Below, piece after piece: positions 9,119 to 17,903 of a stretch of 48,840 bases of DNA. The translations under genes were made by a program, and so were the position numbers. Below the pieces are notes generated by a model. That model had not been told where the DNA came from. It saw only the letters and a program-made list of their open reading frames with translations, and ran no database searches. Positions within the stretch are counted from its first letter, which is position 1, and every line of letters starts with the position of its first letter. Origin of the DNA: Candidatus Giovannonibacteria bacterium RIFCSPLOWO2_02_FULL_45_28 (GTDB lineage: Bacteria > Patescibacteriota > Minisyncoccia > UBA11713 > 2-01-FULL-45-33); assembly GCA_001780725.1 (NCBI GenBank), contig MFIM01000027.1, positions 1 through 48,840 of the forward strand, read 5' to 3'.

Positions 9119-11740
9119 ATGGCGAAAGCAAAGAAAGCAAAAAGGGTGAAAGGTAAAAATCCAAACGTCGCTCCAAAAAAACGCGTTGATTGGAGCAAGG
9201 CGCCAAAAGAATTTTTAGTGAGTATCAGGGAATTGCCTTGGAACGAAATACTTGATGCAATTGAAAAGAAAACCGGTGTAAGACCTAGTCGGCGATCTGC
9301 TTATTACGCTTTCCATAAGGCGAGAATCAGCTTGCCATACCACAAGGAAAACAGACCTGTCAATGAAAAGAAAGAGATGGAAAACGGTGAGCTAATTCCG
9401 GCAAAGCCGAGGAATAAGAAAAAAAATGGCATAAGCGAAGAAGAGAAAAAGATTCTTGAGATTCTTGCGCAGGAGCCACTTGGGCTCCCAATGCAACTGC
9501 TTGCTGAAAAAACCGGGGTCGGGAAAAGGGAGATTGTAAAAAAAATCCAGAAGCTTAAAACGCTTTTGGATGAGAAGGGCTTCTTCCTTTCTGTCAATGA
9601 AAGTAAAAAAACTGTTAATGTTGCAAGAAAGGGTTTTGAAAATATTGAGCCGAAGATTATTGAAATAAAAGTTTCTCCAGAAGAGTACATTAAATGCGGC
9701 GCGAACGTCGGAGTGTTCGCTGGACCTTTTTACGGAAGTGAAGGATATCGGGACGGGCTAATTGAGCTCAATGCCTATGTGCAGAAAGTGCATGCCGTGC
9801 ACTTCCTGTCGCTCCTTGGGTTGGTAGATGGGCGAGATTTGGAGGAACAGGCTAAGGTTCGGGCAGGTTCGCGCTCTAAGAATAAAGAGTACCAATACTG
9901 GGAAAATTTGTTTATTTCCCAGATTGCCAGAGAGCTTTCGTTTTGCCTTCCCAAAATAAAAAAGCCTGATGGTTCGCTTGTGAAGACCTATATATCTACA
10001 AGCCCTAAGGTGGACAAGAACATTGGCGAAGGCATCGCGCTTTTGCTTTCCGAATTGCGGAACGAGGACATAGTTTACTTCGGAAGCAAAAACAACCACC
10101 CGCTCATTGTGAAATACATAGGCGACGAAGGCAAAACCCTGCTTCCTATTACGATCCAGAAATCTTATTTGCCGGCGCAATACGCCTCAACCAAGATTCA
10201 AGGACAGCATCGCAAGCTTCTTAAGATTCACAAGGCCTCCGATATTTTGGTTTTTGGTGGATACGGCGTTTTTGTCCATAAACCTGCTGTCGGAGAAAAA
10301 TCCCGCCCGTATATCGGACTCCCCACCTTACATGCTATTTCTGAACAAGAAACTCGCAACGATTCTGAAAGCGAAATCGGAACAAGAACCATAAAATGGC
10401 GCCCGGACGGAAATTACACGGTTACCTCATCAGATTTTAAGTGGTTATTGCGCCAAGAGCGAGATTTAATTAAGGCTCCGCCAAGCGCGAACGAAACGCA
10501 GAAAAAAATCATCAGCGTTCTTAAAGAACGCGCCACGTTCATCGGTGTTTTGGCGGACAGGCTCGGTGTTTCAAGAGATGAGATCAAAAAAACAATTGAG
10601 GAGCTTGGTTATTTCCGCGCAGGCATTGTGTACGACAAAACCAGCAGGCTGTTTGATTTTTCCAACGAATGGTTCCAAAAAAAGATCAGATATACTTGGC
10701 CGGAAAATTTCGCGGAAGAGGCCATAGTGTCGTTGGCTTGCTTGCATGCTCTAGCAACTTATCCTGCTGACGGCAGAATTCTTACGGATTGTAAGTTTTT
10801 GCTTGACAGAGTTCCTAATTACATTTTAGAAACACGAGCTACCGCATTGGTCATAGCCGGAGACCTTATCCAGGGCTCCAAAGTGCACAATTTGCATTTG
10901 CGCGGTGAGGTTTTTCAAGGGCTTGGGCTTACTGTCCAAGAGCGTGTATCGGCTTACCTTGTGGGGCAAATGATGATTAGGCCTTTCAGAGTGTGGTTTG
11001 CTGAATTCATGCAAGATAAAAAGCCGGAGTCGCTGACTAAAGAAACGCTTATTGCGGCTTTTGAACGATGCCTTGTGACTCTCGGTTTTTGCGCGGGGAA
11101 CCATGATTTGTGGCAAACCGGAGACGCGGTAAGGGCTTTGTGGACGTTCCAGCAAGATCTAGTATGGTTTTTGATGCAAGAGATTTCTAAGACGCTTCAA
11201 ACATATTCGTTGAGCATGGACTTTCTTACATTGGCAGCGTTTTTATCGCTTAAGATTATTCGGGATTGGCCTGACGGACAGATTAGATACCGCACGCCAG
11301 CAGGGATTGCAGTCAAGATCGTGCACCCTCATACGGCGAGAACTGAAACAGCCAGCATTCCTCCAGAGAAACTTCTTTCACAGCACAGCCTTGCGCAGTA
11401 TGTTATTTCGGGGAATTGGCATACTGCGTTTGATATGCAGCAATCAGACGAATTCATGGGGCTGCGTCATATCGTGACAAACCCTACTGTGCTTTTGCGA
11501 ACTTTTTTTGAAGACAATAAAATGAAGCGCACGGACTTCGGAGTTAATGTCAGTTGGCTTAGATCATATCAGGGTCGGATTTACGAAACCGAAAGTGGAT
11601 TTTGGGGAGATAAAATTACGGATGAGTACACTAGGGAAAACAACGCGCGAATGGAAGAAATTCTGCATGAAATAGGAGAAGATATCTTCAGCTCAAAATA
11701 CGGCAAAAAAGCTGTTGAAGAAGTCAAAGCTCCGCAATAA
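9119..11740 (+). CDS. tandem (winged-HTH + calcineurin-like metallophosphoesterase)x2 protein
   Basis: Two HTH segments (KKILEIL..LAEKTGVGKREI; KKIISVL..LADRLGVSRDEI). C-terminal domain has ACLH, AGDLIQG, AGNHD, VHPH, SGNWH; first copy degenerate. Confidence 0.7.
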   Translation: MAKAKKAKRVKGKNPNVAPKKRVDWSKAPKEFLVSIRELPWNEILDAIEKKTGVRPSRRSAYYAFHKARISLPYHKENRPVNEKKEMENGELIPAKPRNKKKNGISEEEKKILEILAQEPLGLPMQLLAEKTGVGKREIVKKIQKLKTLLDEKGFFLSVNESKKTVNVARKGFENIEPKIIEIKVSPEEYIKCGANVGVFAGPFYGSEGYRDGLIELNAYVQKVHAVHFLSLLGLVDGRDLEEQAKVRAGSRSKNKEYQYWENLFISQIARELSFCLPKIKKPDGSLVKTYISTSPKVDKNIGEGIALLLSELRNEDIVYFGSKNNHPLIVKYIGDEGKTLLPITIQKSYLPAQYASTKIQGQHRKLLKIHKASDILVFGGYGVFVHKPAVGEKSRPYIGLPTLHAISEQETRNDSESEIGTRTIKWRPDGNYTVTSSDFKWLLRQERDLIKAPPSANETQKKIISVLKERATFIGVLADRLGVSRDEIKKTIEELGYFRAGIVYDKTSRLFDFSNEWFQKKIRYTWPENFAEEAIVSLACLHALATYPADGRILTDCKFLLDRVPNYILETRATALVIAGDLIQGSKVHNLHLRGEVFQGLGLTVQERVSAYLVGQMMIRPFRVWFAEFMQDKKPESLTKETLIAAFERCLVTLGFCAGNHDLWQTGDAVRALWTFQQDLVWFLMQEISKTLQTYSLSMDFLTLAAFLSLKIIRDWPDGQIRYRTPAGIAVKIVHPHTARTETASIPPEKLLSQHSLAQYVISGNWHTAFDMQQSDEFMGLRHIVTNPTVLLRTFFEDNKMKRTDFGVNVSWLRSYQGRIYETESGFWGDKITDEYTRENNARMEEILHEIGEDIFSSKYGKKAVEEVKAPQ

Positions 11741-11754
11741 CGCGGAGCTTTTTT
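11726..11754 (+). terminator. intrinsic terminator
   Basis: AAAGCTCCGC-aataac-GCGGAGCTTT plus T tract, overlapping the stop codon. Confidence 0.8.
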
Positions 11755-11808
11755 CTATGCGAAACATTGTGATTAAGCCAAAGTTTAATAATCAGACGGA
11801 GGTATTTT

Positions 11809-12429
11809 ATGGATTGTGTTTTTTGCGATAGAAGTCAGTTTGAAGAGCGGCTTTGCGGAGAAACCAAGGATTTCTGGATAATCGCGACTTTGGGGCAGAT
11901 AACCGACGGCGGGTATGTTCTTTTGGCGCCAAAGAGACATGTTGAGTGCGTTGGAGCGATGCGGGAGCCGGAAATTGATTCTTTGAATGAACTTTTGTTT
12001 AAAACGCGAAACGCGCTAATAAACGAATACAGCAATAGAGGGATTGTTTTTGAACATGGCATCGTATGTCAGACTATTAAACATGCGCATTTACATTTAC
12101 TGCCCGGAACAATCGATACTCTAAACGTCTTGTTGAGAATTGTGCAGGATTTCCCGCCTCAAAAATATTTGTTTTCTACTGTTCCGTCTTTAACAAACCT
12201 ACAGAGTATGTACAAAGACAAGCCGTTGCCGTATTTATTGGGACAAGACATTATGGACAGCGGTTTTGTAATTTGCTGGAACCCACTGGCGCCGCCGCAG
12301 TATTTGCGGATTGTTGTAGCTGAAGTGTTGGGCAGGCCCGAACGAGCAAATTGGCGAACGATGGATCCAGAATTTGATAAAAAATTGTGGAGCGAAACAG
12401 TAAAAAGGCTGAAGCCGTATTTTAAATAA
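11809..12429 (+). CDS. HIT-superfamily hydrolase (CwfJ/Cwf19-like)
   Basis: CVFC, GYVLLAPKRH, FEHG, HAHLHLLP, C-terminal QYLRIVVAEVLG..NWR; GGAGGT SD. Confidence 0.8.
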   Translation: MDCVFCDRSQFEERLCGETKDFWIIATLGQITDGGYVLLAPKRHVECVGAMREPEIDSLNELLFKTRNALINEYSNRGIVFEHGIVCQTIKHAHLHLLPGTIDTLNVLLRIVQDFPPQKYLFSTVPSLTNLQSMYKDKPLPYLLGQDIMDSGFVICWNPLAPPQYLRIVVAEVLGRPERANWRTMDPEFDKKLWSETVKRLKPYFK

Positions 12430-12463
12430 AAAAGTCCTCTGCTGGTTGGCGGATGGGCTTTTT
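12429..12463 (+). terminator. imperfect terminator hairpin
   Basis: AAAAAGTCC-TCTGCT-ggtt-GGCGGA-t-GGGCTTTTT. Confidence 0.45.
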
Positions 12464-12479
12464 ATGTTAAAATGGTTCC

Positions 12480-13112
12480 ATGGATTTAGCTGATATGCTT
12501 ATCAAAAAAGGCGTTTTAAAAAATCCGAGGCTGATTGAAGCGTTCCAAGCGGTGGATAGAAAGTATTTTGTTCCAAAAGAGTTAAAAAGCCATGCTTACA
12601 TTGACGAGCCGCTATCCATCGGCGAAGGGCAGACGATTTCCCAGCCGTGGACGGTGGCGTTTATGCTGGAGCTTTTAGATCCTATACCGGGCGACAACAT
12701 TATGGAAATTGGCTACGGTTCAGGATGGCAGACGGCGCTTTTGGCGGCGACCGGGGCAAATGTGTACGCGATTGAGAGAGTGCCGAAATTGTGCGAATTT
12801 GGAAAGAGAAATTTTGAGGAATTTTTTAAGAGGGGGAGGGGGTTTTATTTTTCAGCGCGCTTTTTCTGCCAAGACGGCACTCTGGGGCTTCCGGAAATCG
12901 CCAAAAAAATCGGGGGATTTGATAAAATTATAGTCGCGGCGGCTGGAGAAAAATTGCCAGAGGCGTGGAAAAACCAGCTAAAAATCGGTGGCAAAATCGT
13001 AGCTCCTATTGCGCATAGCATTTTTGAATTTATAAAAAATCCGGACGGTTCGTTTAACGAGCGCGAACACCGAGGCTTCGCTTTTGTTCCGCTTGTCCCC
13101 GATAAAAAATAA
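12480..13112 (+). CDS. pcm: protein-L-isoaspartate O-methyltransferase
   Basis: AYIDEPLSIGEGQTISQP, EIGYGSGW, FDKIIVAAA, QLKIGG, FAFVPLV. Confidence 0.93.
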   Translation: MDLADMLIKKGVLKNPRLIEAFQAVDRKYFVPKELKSHAYIDEPLSIGEGQTISQPWTVAFMLELLDPIPGDNIMEIGYGSGWQTALLAATGANVYAIERVPKLCEFGKRNFEEFFKRGRGFYFSARFFCQDGTLGLPEIAKKIGGFDKIIVAAAGEKLPEAWKNQLKIGGKIVAPIAHSIFEFIKNPDGSFNEREHRGFAFVPLVPDKK

Positions 13113-13874
13113 ATGGAAGAAAATAAAAATTATTTAAATAAATACTTAATTTGGACAGCGGTAGCTGCCGCGCTTGTTTTGCTTTACGTTTTTATAAAAC
13201 TTCCGGAATGGGCAGGACCGCGGGTAGAACCGGCGTCTAGAGAAATTACAATTACAATTCCAGAAGGGTTTAACGTCCGCCAGATAGGCGATGTTTTTGA
13301 AAAACTGGGAATTTTTTCTAAAGAAGATTTTGTGGCGGCAGCGCAGAAAGAAGAAGGATACTTATTCCCCGATACTTACAGGTTTTATAAAGACGCCGAG
13401 CCGCAGGACGTCATAGAAAGAATGAAGGCAAATTTTGGCAAAAAAATCACGCCGGAAATTTTGGCGGAAATAAAGAAAAATAAGAAAACCTTAAGCGACG
13501 TTGTTATTGTGGCGTCTTTGCTTGAAGAAGAAGTTGGTGCCGCGGAGGACAGAAAGATCGTCGCCGGAATTTTATGGAAAAGGCTGGAGCGGAAGATGGG
13601 GTTAAACGTTGACGCCGCTCTGACTTATGTTTTGGGCAAGGCGAGCCATGAATTGACAGCGGAAGATTTGAAATACGATTCTCCATACAACACTTATCGC
13701 TACCGCGGGTTGCCTCCTACGCCGATTTCCAACCCCGGCCTGGATACCATTTTGGCGACGTTAAATCCCACACCATCGCCATATTTTTATTATTTGACAG
13801 ATAAAGAAGGCAAAGCGCATTACGCCGCAACTTTGGAAGAACACGCCCTTAACAAATTCAAATATTTGCGCTAG
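13113..13874 (+). CDS. mltG: endolytic transglycosylase MltG (YceG)
   Basis: TM, TIPEG, EGYLFPDTY, ASLLEEE, SPYNTYRYRGLPPTPISNPG. Confidence 0.92.
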   Translation: MEENKNYLNKYLIWTAVAAALVLLYVFIKLPEWAGPRVEPASREITITIPEGFNVRQIGDVFEKLGIFSKEDFVAAAQKEEGYLFPDTYRFYKDAEPQDVIERMKANFGKKITPEILAEIKKNKKTLSDVVIVASLLEEEVGAAEDRKIVAGILWKRLERKMGLNVDAALTYVLGKASHELTAEDLKYDSPYNTYRYRGLPPTPISNPGLDTILATLNPTPSPYFYYLTDKEGKAHYAATLEEHALNKFKYLR

Positions 13875-13916
13875 GATTTGCACAGATTGATAAGGAAAAA
13901 TCAAGGAGCTGGACAA

Positions 13917-14948
13917 ATGAAAATATTTGTTGTGGGCAACGGAGCCTTCGGAACGGCTTTTACGGGGAAAATGGCGAGACAGAGGCACGCAACGTATCAA
14001 TGGTGCTCAACTCATGATTATCCGCATCTCAAACAAATGCTTGAACTTCAGAGAATGCCGGTAAAAGAAAATAAACTTTATTTGCCGGGAGTGGAACTTA
14101 GTAACAGCATTCAATTTACCGACAGTTTTGAGCCGGCCAAAATCGCGGATGTTGTTTTACTTGCGCAGCCTACAAAATTTATTTGGCAGTCTTTTTACGC
14201 CGTGGCCGGTATGATCAAAGAAAATCCTAAAATGACCATCGCGCTGCTCTCTAAGGGCTTTGATGCGGGGTCCCGGCGCGCTTTGGGTGCTGCCTTAGAA
14301 GATTATTTAAGATCCGGTTTTAAATTCTACAGATTTGCCGTAATTTCCGGACCGACTTTTGCAAGAGATTTAATCGCGCCGGAGAAGAAGCACACTATTT
14401 CCGTTGCAAGTTATAATTTGGGCGCCATTAAAAAACTAAAAGAAATGGCCCAAGGAACAGGCCTTACGCTTCGTGGCACAACTGATCTTTCCGGTGTAAG
14501 TTGGGGCGGGGGGCTTAAAAACGCCTACACTATCGGCTATGGGCTTTTGGAAAAACGGCTTGGCAAAGAACTTCTTTTTGAATATCTTTTGCTTTCGCTT
14601 CAAACGGAAATAAAAAAGTTTTTGGAATTTGCCGGCGCACGCCCAGAAACACTTTGGTCCCCGGCTGTTTGGGAAGATTATTATATGACAGCCCGCGGCG
14701 ATTCACGAAATAGGAGATTCGGTCAATTTCTCGCTGAATATCATAAGCCGGAAGAAATTAAAGAGCACACCAGAACAAATACTGTTGAGGGGTATGAAGC
14801 AATGATGATTTTGTGGGAGATCGCGCAGGAAAATGGTTTGGATATCCCGCTTTTGCACTGCATTCACGCAATTTGCGATAGTGAACACGGAGCGAGTCCG
14901 GGCACTTTCGTAGAATGTTTCAATAGAGTAAAAGCCTTGTCTGGTTGA
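13917..14948 (+). CDS. gpsA: NAD(P)H-dependent glycerol-3-phosphate dehydrogenase, divergent
   Basis: VVGNGAFGTA, ENKLYLPG, SKG, ISGPTFA, GGLKNAY, SRNRRFG, TVEG; start moved to the ATG with AAGGAG. Confidence 0.8.
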   Translation: MKIFVVGNGAFGTAFTGKMARQRHATYQWCSTHDYPHLKQMLELQRMPVKENKLYLPGVELSNSIQFTDSFEPAKIADVVLLAQPTKFIWQSFYAVAGMIKENPKMTIALLSKGFDAGSRRALGAALEDYLRSGFKFYRFAVISGPTFARDLIAPEKKHTISVASYNLGAIKKLKEMAQGTGLTLRGTTDLSGVSWGGGLKNAYTIGYGLLEKRLGKELLFEYLLLSLQTEIKKFLEFAGARPETLWSPAVWEDYYMTARGDSRNRRFGQFLAEYHKPEEIKEHTRTNTVEGYEAMMILWEIAQENGLDIPLLHCIHAICDSEHGASPGTFVECFNRVKALSG

Positions 14949-14973
14949 CACGGCTTTTTTTGTTTACTATACT
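14945..14973 (+). promoter_or_regulatory. rpsP promoter (leaderless)
   Basis: TTGACA-N17-TATACT, ATG 8 nt after the -10. Confidence 0.75.
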
Positions 14974-14980
14974 TACTACT

Positions 14981-15289
14981 ATGTTAATTATCAGGCTTCA
15001 GCGCGTCGGCAGGAAAAACGATCCGAATTTTCGGATGGTTGTAGTTGAGAAAAAACGCGCTCCGAAAAGCGGGGCGTCTTTGGAGACTGTCGGATCGTAT
15101 AATCCAAAAACCAAAAAAGTACAGTTGAAAAATGACCGTATTAAACATTGGCTCATGAAAGGCGTACAGCTTTCCGACACCGCTCATAATATGCTGGTAA
15201 AAGCAAAAATTATTGAAGCTCCTAAAATTAATAAAGCCGGAGGGGCCAAAAACAGCGAGGTATTGACAAAACCAGCAGAGGGAGTATAA
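14981..15289 (+). CDS. rpsP: 30S ribosomal protein S16
   Basis: MLIIRLQRVGRKNDPNFRMVV...GSYNP...WLMKGVQLSDT. Confidence 0.95.
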   Translation: MLIIRLQRVGRKNDPNFRMVVVEKKRAPKSGASLETVGSYNPKTKKVQLKNDRIKHWLMKGVQLSDTAHNMLVKAKIIEAPKINKAGGAKNSEVLTKPAEGV

Positions 15290-15290
15290 T
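15263..15290 (+). promoter_or_regulatory. consensus promoter for khpA inside the rpsP 3' end
   Basis: TTGACA(15263-68)-N16-TATAAT(15285-90). Confidence 0.7.
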
Positions 15291-15348
15291 AAGAGCATAA
15301 TCCGAAAGGTCGAAAATCGGCATTAGAAACTAATCTAATTTCAAGCAA

Positions 15349-15681
15349 ATGGCTGCAAAAGGATCATCTAGCGCGTACTCTGACGAGGAATTTTTGGAGT
15401 ATGTGGTAAAAGCGCTTGTAGACAATCCCAGCGCCGTGAAAGTTAGCCGCAAGGTTGATGAGATGGGCGTACTTTTGTCCGTGAAAGTGGACAAAGAAGA
15501 CGTTGGCAAGCTCATTGGCCGCCAGGGAAATACTGCAAATGCGCTGCGCACCTTGCTCCGCGTGGTAGGCATTAAAAACCACGCCAGAGTGAACCTCAAA
15601 ATTGAAGAGCCGGAAGGTTCTACGCATGTGAGAGGAGGCGGCAGGGGAGTAGACGAAGTTGTCGACGACCTTAAACTATAA
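15349..15681 (+). CDS. khpA: KH-domain RNA-binding protein KhpA
   Basis: FLEYVVKALVDNP...DVGKLIGRQGNTANALRTLL; usual position after rpsP. Confidence 0.9.
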   Translation: MAAKGSSSAYSDEEFLEYVVKALVDNPSAVKVSRKVDEMGVLLSVKVDKEDVGKLIGRQGNTANALRTLLRVVGIKNHARVNLKIEEPEGSTHVRGGGRGVDEVVDDLKL

Positions 15682-15729
15682 TTTTTGCGAAAGCAAAAAT
15701 CCAAAACCCCGCCTTTAGGCGGGGTTTTG
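15681..15729. terminator. tandem hairpins / bidirectional terminator
   Basis: ATTTTTGC-GAAA-GCAAAAAT, then CAAAACCCCGCCT-tt-AGGCGGGGTTTTG. Confidence 0.8.
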
Positions 15730-15753
15730 AGTTAACAAAAATAAAACCGGCGA

Positions 15754-16212
15754 TTAAGCGCCGGTTTTGATTGAGATCAATGCTGATACCTCATTTGTCA
15801 AATTTTTAAGTTCTACGCTTTTATCTCGCAATGTTCTGGCCAATCTCTTCTCAAAGATTTTTTTCTGATTTTCTCTTGAACGCAATTGTAACAACGTAGG
15901 CGCTTGCGCAAATTCCGCTTGTTCCAGTTTTTGCAAATCTACAACATACTGTTCATACCTTTTCCATCCCATAAAATTATGGGTGGTCGCAAAAGTGTTA
16001 TTACACCTTAAACAATATCTGCTACATTCATTCGGCCCGAAATTTTCTTGATATTGCGTTATTTGTTTGCAAATTGTGCAATATCCGAAATCAATTATTG
16101 TATATTCGTGTGGCGCGCTTTTTTCGTTCCGCAACGCATCCGCGACTTTTAAAAAATCTTCAGCGGTTTCAAGTTTTTGAGCCATATCGTATTTGTATTT
16201 ATAGTCGGCCAT
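15754..16212 (-). CDS. hypothetical protein with CxxC..CxxC zinc ribbon and coiled coil
   Basis: CTIC, CLRC. The ORF-track TTG at 16269 is more likely a -35 (TTGACA). AAAACCGGCG/CGCCGGTTTT hairpin over the stop. Confidence 0.6.
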   Translation of the reverse strand: MADYKYKYDMAQKLETAEDFLKVADALRNEKSAPHEYTIIDFGYCTICKQITQYQENFGPNECSRYCLRCNNTFATTHNFMGWKRYEQYVVDLQKLEQAEFAQAPTLLQLRSRENQKKIFEKRLARTLRDKSVELKNLTNEVSALISIKTGA

Positions 16213-16268
16213 AGAACCCACTTTTAGATGTTCTAGTTTAAAGTTATCAACTCGGATATAATATGTCA

Positions 16269-16970
16269 ATGCGGTTTGATATTATTACCATATTTCCAGA
16301 AGCTCTCCACGGCTATTTTAATGAGTCCATAATTTCGCGCGCGCAGAAAAATAAATTAGTTAACATCAAAGTTTGGGATTTAAGAAAATTTTCTCGCGAT
16401 AAGCATAAGAAGGTGGACGATAAACCGTATGGCGGGGGGCCGGGGATGGTTCTGAAGATTGAGCCGATTGCGAAGGCGCTAGAGTCAATTTTAAAACTTA
16501 GACGCCGGACGTCTAAGTCAAAGACGTCCGGCGTCTTAATCGTTCTTCTCTCCGTCTCCGGAAAACAATTTAATTCCAAAATGGCCGCTGATTTCGCAAA
16601 AAAATACAATCATATTATTTTAATAGCTGGCCATTACGAAGGCATAGACGAACGAATTAAAAAAGTGATTGAGAATTGGAAATTAAAAATTGAAAATTTA
16701 TCAGTAGGCCCCTACGTTCTTACCGGCGGAGAGTTGCCGGCGATGGTTATTGTTGACGCAGTTTCGCGCCATATCCGCGGCGTTTTGGGGAAAGCTGAAT
16801 CTTTGGAGGAAAAACGCCACGGAGTCGGTGTGCCGGTTTATACCAGACCAGAAATTTTCAAATTTTTGGATAAAAAATACAAAGTTCCTCCGGTGCTTTT
16901 GTCCGGCAACCACAGAAAAATTAATGTGTGGAGAAAAATGCGCGCGAAGTGGATTATTTCGGAAGGGTAA
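16269..16970 (+). CDS. trmD: tRNA (guanine-N1)-methyltransferase
   Basis: MRFDIITIFPE, VDDKPYGGGPGMVL, GHYEGIDER, YVLTGGE, YTRPE, VPPVLLSGNH. Confidence 0.96.
   Translation: MRFDIITIFPEALHGYFNESIISRAQKNKLVNIKVWDLRKFSRDKHKKVDDKPYGGGPGMVLKIEPIAKALESILKLRRRTSKSKTSGVLIVLLSVSGKQFNSKMAADFAKKYNHIILIAGHYEGIDERIKKVIENWKLKIENLSVGPYVLTGGELPAMVIVDAVSRHIRGVLGKAESLEEKRHGVGVPVYTRPEIFKFLDKKYKVPPVLLSGNHRKINVWRKMRAKWIISEG
16500..16536. repeat. in-frame 15-bp inverted repeat in trmD
   Basis: AGACGCCGGACGTCT-aagtcaa-AGACGTCCGGCGTCT, encodes RRRTSKSKTSGV. Confidence 0.85.
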
Positions 16971-17868
16971 TTTCCAAATAATTTCCGTCATCTAAAACAA
17001 TAATCTCGTCGGGCTCCAAAGATATGATATTTGGTTGTTTCCCTTGATAAAGCGGGAAAGCGTTCTGCCTGCCGGAAGAATCCATCTCCAGCGCCCAAAC
17101 ACCGTTTGACATAGTTGCAATCAGCCAATCGGGCCAATCTGGATAGGAGAAAACCTGGCGAATCGGGCCCATAAAATTGTTTGGGCCTACTTGCAAAAAT
17201 GGGTTTTTTTGCCACTCCGGCATTTTTTTTGCGTCCTCAAACCAAAAGGTATCAATAACGCCGGAATCCCAATAAATCACCCGTGAGAATGTTTCATCAA
17301 AAACGCTTTCTTTTTTGCTTCGTAAAATTTCCGCGGTTGTCGTACCAAAAATTTTGTAAATATCAAAAAGTTCTTTATTTCTATAAAATTTCTTGTCATC
17401 CCCCAAAATTATAAAATCCTCCGTTTTGGGGATTGCCCAAAATTTTTTTATTGACGCGTATGGGGGCTTATTTTTTTTTATCGGCGGGGTTGTGGTGCCT
17501 AAAATTTTGCCGTCAGGATTTTTCGGCACCAAAAGCGCCGAGCGTGCCGTAACAGTTTCCGACATTACCTCCAATTGTTTTTCCCAGTCCCAAAATCCTT
17601 CTTTTGTTACGGAAACTTTGTATGTTCCGGGCACCAAGTTTTTAATGAGTCCGCTTTTCCCCAAAAACGACGTGCGTTTATGTCTTGAGTCTATAAAAAT
17701 ATCAGCGCCCGTTTCGGAGGCTTGAATAAAAATTCCTCCGGTCTTTAAAATTTTGAAATCGCGCGAAATTCCGTAACCCAAACTGTAAAGAAGGATTGGA
17801 ACGGCGGCAATAAAAAAAAATGATATTGAAGCGTAGAAAAAGACGCGGCGTTTAGCTTTAGTCAGCAT
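16954..17868 (-). CDS. PEGA-domain membrane protein
   Basis: TM, YSLGY, KTGGIFI, GADIFID, NLVPGTYKVSVTKEGFWDWEK. Confidence 0.8.
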   Translation of the reverse strand: MLTKAKRRVFFYASISFFFIAAVPILLYSLGYGISRDFKILKTGGIFIQASETGADIFIDSRHKRTSFLGKSGLIKNLVPGTYKVSVTKEGFWDWEKQLEVMSETVTARSALLVPKNPDGKILGTTTPPIKKNKPPYASIKKFWAIPKTEDFIILGDDKKFYRNKELFDIYKIFGTTTAEILRSKKESVFDETFSRVIYWDSGVIDTFWFEDAKKMPEWQKNPFLQVGPNNFMGPIRQVFSYPDWPDWLIATMSNGVWALEMDSSGRQNAFPLYQGKQPNIISLEPDEIIVLDDGNYLEITLPK

Positions 17869-17903
17869 TGATTTTAATCCCAATTTATCATACATTTGAA
17901 GCG

